From NCBI GenBank assembly GCA_049967855.1, contig JBMFRX010000015.1, positions 1 to 30,195 on the forward strand: a stretch of DNA of 30,195 nucleotides. The letters run 5' to 3'. A program made the position numbers and the translations under genes. The notes below the pieces were generated by a model. It had not been told where the DNA came from, searched no databases, and saw nothing but the letters and a program-made list of their open reading frames with translations. How positions within the stretch are numbered: position 1 is the stretch's first letter; each line of letters begins with the position of its first letter. Below, in pieces: positions 25,727-30,195 of the stretch. Source of the stretch: Caldisericaceae bacterium. Its GTDB lineage: Bacteria > Caldisericota > Caldisericia > Caldisericales > Caldisericaceae.

Positions 25727-26706
25727 CAGTAATAGGAGCAACAGGACACATAGGGAATACTCTTTCGAGAGTTCTCCTGAAAGAAGGCTCAAAGGTTGTT
25801 GCAATAATACCCGCATATGAGGACATTACTCCTATAAAAGATCTTGACATTGAGATAAGACATGCCGATTTACGTGACTACAATTCTCTGAAAAGTGCGG
25901 TCTCAAATTGCAAAACAGTTTATAATACTGCAGGAATTGTTTCAATAGGTTCGTTCAATTGGCAGAAAATGTATGAGATAAACGTTGTTGGAGCAAAAAA
26001 CGTTGCTCTGGCATGTGTTGAGCAGAATGTTCAACGCCTTGTATACACAAGCTCTGTCCATGCAATCAAAGAACCCGCACAGGGGACAACAATAGATGAA
26101 TCACTTCCTTTTGAACCAGAAATTGTTCGCGGTAATTACGCTAAAAGTAAAGCACTTGCCACAAATGAAGTGCTTAAAATTGTTAGAGAAAAAGACCTTG
26201 ACGCAGTTGTTGTGTGCCCGTCTGGAGTAATTGGTCCTTACGATTACAAAGTTTCTGAAATGGGAACACTGATCCTAAACATAGCTAACGGTAAAATGAA
26301 ATTTTATATCGACGGTGCATATGACTTTATTGATGTGAGAGATGTTGCTCAAGGGATAATTCTTGCAGCAAAAAAAGGAAAAAAGGGAGAATCATATATT
26401 CTTTCGGGCGAAAAGATAACGGTTAGAGAGCTTTTTTCGACAGTCAATAGAATACTCGGACGAAGCCAATCACATATCAGACTGCCTTACAAAGTGGCAC
26501 AATTTGCCTCATTCTTTACGCCGATTATAGCAAGAATTACTAATACTAAAGTGCTATTCACATCCTATTCAATTGCAGTACTTTTGTCTAACTCGGATAT
26601 TTCAAACAGGAAAGCGAAGGATGAGCTTGGGTTTACAGCAAGAACAATAAAGGAAAGCTTGAATGACGCAATAAATTGGTTTAAAGAAAGGGGGTTAATT
26701 CGATGA
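25711..26706 (+). CDS. Extended SDR, NAD-dependent epimerase/dehydratase (dihydroflavonol reductase/HpnA-like)
   Basis: GATGHIG, YTSSVHA, YAKSK, PSGVIGP, DVRDVA and GE.YIL.G. Start set at ATG 25711, overlapping the tetR 3' end. Confidence 0.92.
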   Translation: MEDKVAVIGATGHIGNTLSRVLLKEGSKVVAIIPAYEDITPIKDLDIEIRHADLRDYNSLKSAVSNCKTVYNTAGIVSIGSFNWQKMYEINVVGAKNVALACVEQNVQRLVYTSSVHAIKEPAQGTTIDESLPFEPEIVRGNYAKSKALATNEVLKIVREKDLDAVVVCPSGVIGPYDYKVSEMGTLILNIANGKMKFYIDGAYDFIDVRDVAQGIILAAKKGKKGESYILSGEKITVRELFSTVNRILGRSQSHIRLPYKVAQFASFFTPIIARITNTKVLFTSYSIAVLLSNSDISNRKAKDELGFTARTIKESLNDAINWFKERGLIR

Positions 26707-26736
26707 GAGATAGCTCTAAGGAAACTACCTCTCATC
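26702..26736. terminator. Hairpin between convergent genes, possible bidirectional terminator
   Basis: GATGAGAGATAG (26702-26713) pairs with CTACCTCTCATC (26725-26736) with one mismatch; no strong U-tract. Confidence 0.5.
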
Positions 26737-26744
26737 TCGAAAAC

Positions 26745-27077
26745 TCAAAACTTGAAATTCTTTCCTAAATCATATGCTCCAGGTATCTTCCAGAACTTAC
26801 CCATTAGTGCATAAATGAAGGCGATTAGAGAGACAATTCCAAGAACAACGCTTCCCAAAGTGCTTATTATCCAACCAATGAAAGGGATAATACCTATGAG
26901 GCCTACAACTACCTCAGCAATGAAAAGCGCAATTCCCTGCTTTGCGTTCTCAACACAAAACTTACTGTCTTTCTTTACTAACAAAGGAATGATAAAAAGG
27001 AATCCTATGTAGCTTAAAGAGGCAATAAACTTGTTTTCTTCAACATCTTTTGGATCAAAATCTTTGATTTCTTCCAT
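26745..27077 (-). CDS. Small membrane protein (DUF4870/Tic20-like)
   Basis: D.E.NK..A.LSY.G.L..IPLL..KDS.F...AKQG..LF, IPFIGW and G...KIP. AAGGAGG RBS. Confidence 0.85.
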   Translation of the reverse strand: MEEIKDFDPKDVEENKFIASLSYIGFLFIIPLLVKKDSKFCVENAKQGIALFIAEVVVGLIGIIPFIGWIISTLGSVVLGIVSLIAFIYALMGKFWKIPGAYDLGKNFKF

Positions 27078-27359
27078 TTTAAAACCCTCCTTTTGTGACT
27101 ATTATATTAAGAATATTGCTTTTACAAAATAACAAAGAGATGCCTCTTAGTTTCTTTGAACGTTGTGTCATCGCCCTGCACGGGCAAGTTATTGAAAGCC
27201 TAATTCTGCTTGAATTCAAAATATATTCTTGGTGTACGAAGAGAACGGAAATAACCAATCAACAATATTTGAAGTAACGCAAGTTTTCTTAGGATTCTTT
27301 AATGATTATATGTTTTGTGAAATTTTTCGCATAATATACAAATGGCAATGGGAGGTTGA

Positions 27360-27500
27360 ATGTATAGGAAACTGCAGAGACTTAGAGCAAGTAAGAATGT
27401 GATTTTGTTGTCGGGAAGCCTTGTTACCTTAAGACTACTGAGACCTGAGCAGGTGCATAATATACAAGCTGCAAGCACAAATCTCTTGGGCATAATGTAG
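27360..27500 (+). CDS. Putative 46-aa small ORF or remnant of a secreted-protein gene
   Basis: GGGAGG-TTGA-ATG, then MYRKLQRLRASKNVILLSGSLVTLRLLRPEQVHNIQAASTNLLGIM*. Not in the ORF track. Confidence 0.35.
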   Translation: MYRKLQRLRASKNVILLSGSLVTLRLLRPEQVHNIQAASTNLLGIM

Positions 27501-27637
27501 CAGAAGCGCTATAAGGAATGGGGTGATTAGGTGAATTGATACAAATGTATGGAAAAGTATGAAGAAACAATCAAAAGAATCAATGATATGATTTTGATAC
27601 AAGTTATAATTTGTGAAACACATAGGAGGTGAAAGAG

Positions 27638-28717
27638 ATGGCAAAAAAGAAAAACAAGGACATTAAGAAGCTAAAGAGCAGAAGTCAGAAAAGGAGATTC
27701 AAAAAGAAGAAGATCCTTCTTGTCTCAGGAGTTATTCTAGGATTTGCTATAATAGCTGTGGCCGGCGTCTTTCTATCTAAGTCTCTCGCTTATGGCAAAT
27801 ACACAAAGACTATTACAAAAGATGAGGCGAGAGAAGCTATCCTTGGCTACAAGCCAGAGATAGCAAACCCCAGAGCACTTGCCAATGGATTCAGAGTAGC
27901 AGACAGTTTTGCAGTTGAAGATTTGACAAAAGATGGCAGCAGGATAGGAGAAGAGGCAATTATTCTCATAGATAACCCTGATTCTTCAAAATCATCCAGA
28001 ATTTCGAAAGATGTGAGTATGCTTCTCATAGTTGACAATGATCTCAAAATACTTGGATTAAAACCTTTTAATCCAGACTATTTTACTCTTGGGTTAGATT
28101 TCGACAAGTATTTCAATGACTACAAGGGAAAGGATGCTATTACAATCATAAAGCAGATAGATGGCATATACACGGGCCCAAGTAATCTTGCAACTGTCAT
28201 TAAGAACAAGGTTCGTGAGGCAATGATTCTTTTCTACATTGAAAAATATGGAGAGGGAGCATACGATGCTCTCGGAAGCAATGCTTTTGTGTCGGCAGAT
28301 AAAGGGACAAAAGTGGAGCCAGTAAAAGCAGTTGATATTAATGGTAATTCTTTCGACTTATCTAATTTCAAAAATTACAAGCTATTTATTCTTGGTGGAA
28401 ACCCAGGCTGTGGCGGGTGTGTTGAGAGCGTCAAACAACTTGGTTTGGAAATTGCCAAATATGACACAAGTAATGTCAAATTCATTGTTCTCTCGTTTTC
28501 AAGCGACCCAGCTGATGCGCAAAAACTAACCAGTTCTTTGCCAGCTGATACAATTACAATACTTGACCCTGACAGAAAACTTGCGACGACGCTTAAAGTA
28601 AGTTCATCGCCATACATAAACCTGGTTGATAAAGATCTAACAATATACTACGTGGGACCAGGAGAACCAATGAAAGAAACACTTGATAATATGAAATCTT
28701 TCTTTGAAGGAAAATGA
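27638..28717 (+). CDS. Membrane-anchored protein with a degenerate FMN-binding-like domain and a C-terminal thioredoxin-like (TlpA/redoxin) domain
   Basis: Lys/Arg-rich N-tail, one TM helix, F..Y.GK...IDGIYTGPS segment, then DING.SF.LS.FK...GCGGC...DPD.KL...P...LVD. GGAGGTG RBS favours ATG 27638. Confidence 0.75.
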   Translation: MAKKKNKDIKKLKSRSQKRRFKKKKILLVSGVILGFAIIAVAGVFLSKSLAYGKYTKTITKDEAREAILGYKPEIANPRALANGFRVADSFAVEDLTKDGSRIGEEAIILIDNPDSSKSSRISKDVSMLLIVDNDLKILGLKPFNPDYFTLGLDFDKYFNDYKGKDAITIIKQIDGIYTGPSNLATVIKNKVREAMILFYIEKYGEGAYDALGSNAFVSADKGTKVEPVKAVDINGNSFDLSNFKNYKLFILGGNPGCGGCVESVKQLGLEIAKYDTSNVKFIVLSFSSDPADAQKLTSSLPADTITILDPDRKLATTLKVSSSPYINLVDKDLTIYYVGPGEPMKETLDNMKSFFEGK

Positions 28718-28742
28718 ACTACAAGAAATAAAGGAGAAAAAA

Positions 28743-30195
28743 ATGAAGAAACTTATTTCGATTGCAGTATTATTTTTCCTAATGCTTGCATTATCGCAAG
28801 GCATAGGAAAAGCACTGACTCAAGCATCAGTAACTCAATTTTCGGTTACGGTTAACCCAGCTTACAGACTGGATTACGGAGAATACAAGATAGATTTTAT
28901 AACAGGCGCCGACTTAGTCGGCGGCATTGACAATATCTATCTAAAATTTCCCGCTGAATCAAATATCCCTTGCACATCATGTGCTTACGGTCATTGCCCG
29001 TCTTGTTTTCAAATCAACGGCTACAATGCATCACGTGCAGGACTTGTGAGTGCTGAGGCAAAGACAATTTATCTTACAATGCCTGGTGGAATTACAATTA
29101 AGAAGGGAACAAACGTTGAAATAGTGATAGCTCAAGGAGCAAGTTTTCAGAATCCTTCAATGCCAGGTAAGTATACTTTAACAATGTGGACTGACCCAGA
29201 ACCTGACAAAGTACAAGCTCAATTTGATATACTTTCTACACAAATTGAAAGTTTGTCAGTCATCAATGACCCAGATACATCAAATCTAATTTCAACCTAT
29301 AAAGTTTCTTTCAAAACTGGAAGTCACGGGAACCTAACAAACGGACAAAACATATACGTCGAGTTTCCACAGGGAATAATTTTCCCTGCAGTTCCACATA
29401 AGAACAGCATCACTATAAATGGAGAAAACCCACAGGATGTTTCTTTAAAAGGAAACATCTTAACTCTAAAGCTCTCTTACTCGATTAACGGAGGAAACAA
29501 TGTCTCTATTTATTTTCTTGCAAGTTTTGGACTCCAGAATCCCGACACAGCAGGAACATACTCAATAAATGTTTGGACTGACACGGAACCAATAGTTGTT
29601 TCAGCGCAGTTTACCGTGAAAGCTCAGAACACTGTTTCAACTCAAATTGAAACCAGTCCTCAGTCCCCTGATGGTACTAATGGCATATTTAGAACTACAC
29701 CACTGATTACTCTGACAGCTGAAACAAATACTGGAGAGGCGATCCAGACTTTCTATAAAATAGACTCCGGAAACTATTTGAACTACTCCTCTCCAATAAC
29801 AATCCCTGAAGGAACTCACACTGTATATTACTACAGCAAAACTGCAACACTGACCGAAGCTGAAAAGTCAAAGCAATTTGTAGTGGATCTTACATCTCCA
29901 TCTATTACGATTGATGTTCCGCCGCAGGATACATATTACACAGGCGAACAGACTTTGACTATTATTGGTCATGTTTCTGAGAAAGCACAAGTGATAGTAA
30001 ATAATGCAGCAGTTCTACAGAACCCGGATGGAGGATTTACAAAAGATATTACTCTAAACTTCGGGGATAATGTAGTTCAAATAAGAGCAACAGACACCGC
30101 TGGCTGGACTACAGTAAAATCATTCCATATTGTATATGACACAACTGTTCCTGTTTTGACTGTAACCAAACCCCAAGACTTTGCAGAAATAACGA
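28743..30195 (+). CDS. Large secreted multi-domain beta-sandwich/Ig-like surface protein, truncated by the window end
   Basis: Not in the ORF track (no stop in the window). AAGGAG RBS, signal peptide MKKLISIAVLFFLMLALSQG, two related modules ending QNPSMPGKYTLTMWTD and QNPDTAGTYSINVWTD, then Ig-like segments (EGTHTVYYYS, L..GDN.V.I.ATD.AG, YDTT.P.L). Confidence 0.88.
   Translation, partial: MKKLISIAVLFFLMLALSQGIGKALTQASVTQFSVTVNPAYRLDYGEYKIDFITGADLVGGIDNIYLKFPAESNIPCTSCAYGHCPSCFQINGYNASRAGLVSAEAKTIYLTMPGGITIKKGTNVEIVIAQGASFQNPSMPGKYTLTMWTDPEPDKVQAQFDILSTQIESLSVINDPDTSNLISTYKVSFKTGSHGNLTNGQNIYVEFPQGIIFPAVPHKNSITINGENPQDVSLKGNILTLKLSYSINGGNNVSIYFLASFGLQNPDTAGTYSINVWTDTEPIVVSAQFTVKAQNTVSTQIETSPQSPDGTNGIFRTTPLITLTAETNTGEAIQTFYKIDSGNYLNYSSPITIPEGTHTVYYYSKTATLTEAEKSKQFVVDLTSPSITIDVPPQDTYYTGEQTLTIIGHVSEKAQVIVNNAAVLQNPDGGFTKDITLNFGDNVVQIRATDTAGWTTVKSFHIVYDTTVPVLTVTKPQDFAEIT

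Noticed and set aside
27325..27500. dif/Xer recombination site (GCATAAT.TA resembles a XerC arm)
   Set aside because: None of the three copies is followed by a XerD arm (TTATGTTAAAT-like) after a 6-bp spacer.
28971..29006. c-type cytochrome heme-binding motif
   Set aside because: Neither CxxC is followed by His (CTSCA, CPSCF).
509..29819. Numerous short antisense or out-of-frame ORFs in the track (e.g. 1704-2093, 2090-2539, 8606-9061, 24469-24840, 29637-29819)
   Set aside because: They are shadows of well-supported genes and have no motifs or RBS.

Overview
A gene-dense, AT-rich bacterial chromosomal window; the repeated surface-protein modules at the right end resemble those of Caldiserica, but that taxonomy is an inference. 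From left to right: (1) a minus-strand operon of a CstA-family transporter, a 92-aa hydrophobic partner, a cysteine-free single-domain ArsA/Get3-like ATPase and a truncated membrane-anchored gene. It lies downstream of a LytS/LytTR (BtsSR-like) two-component pair, has candidate LytTR direct repeats at the cstA promoter, and contains a 35/42-bp tandem repeat array. (2) An MBL-fold hydrolase and glmM-glmS. (3) A stand-alone 1019-aa SLH-anchored surface protein of unusual architecture. (4) An overlapping HD hydrolase-PolX/PHP-PfkB-uvrB-patatin operon. (5) moaD-moaE-rseC-like genes, a radical SAM enzyme, an MFS transporter with a short-chain CHR pair, msrA, a TetR-SDR unit with a perfect palindromic operator, and a small membrane protein. 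(6) A membrane-anchored FMN-binding-like/thioredoxin-like fusion followed by a truncated secreted multi-domain protein with a CxxC-x4-CxxC motif. No rRNA, tRNA, CRISPR array, integrase or transposase was recognised. The best candidate for an under-described system is the regulated CstA + small partner + Get3/ArsA-like ATPase + membrane protein module. All family calls come from motif recognition; no database search was run.
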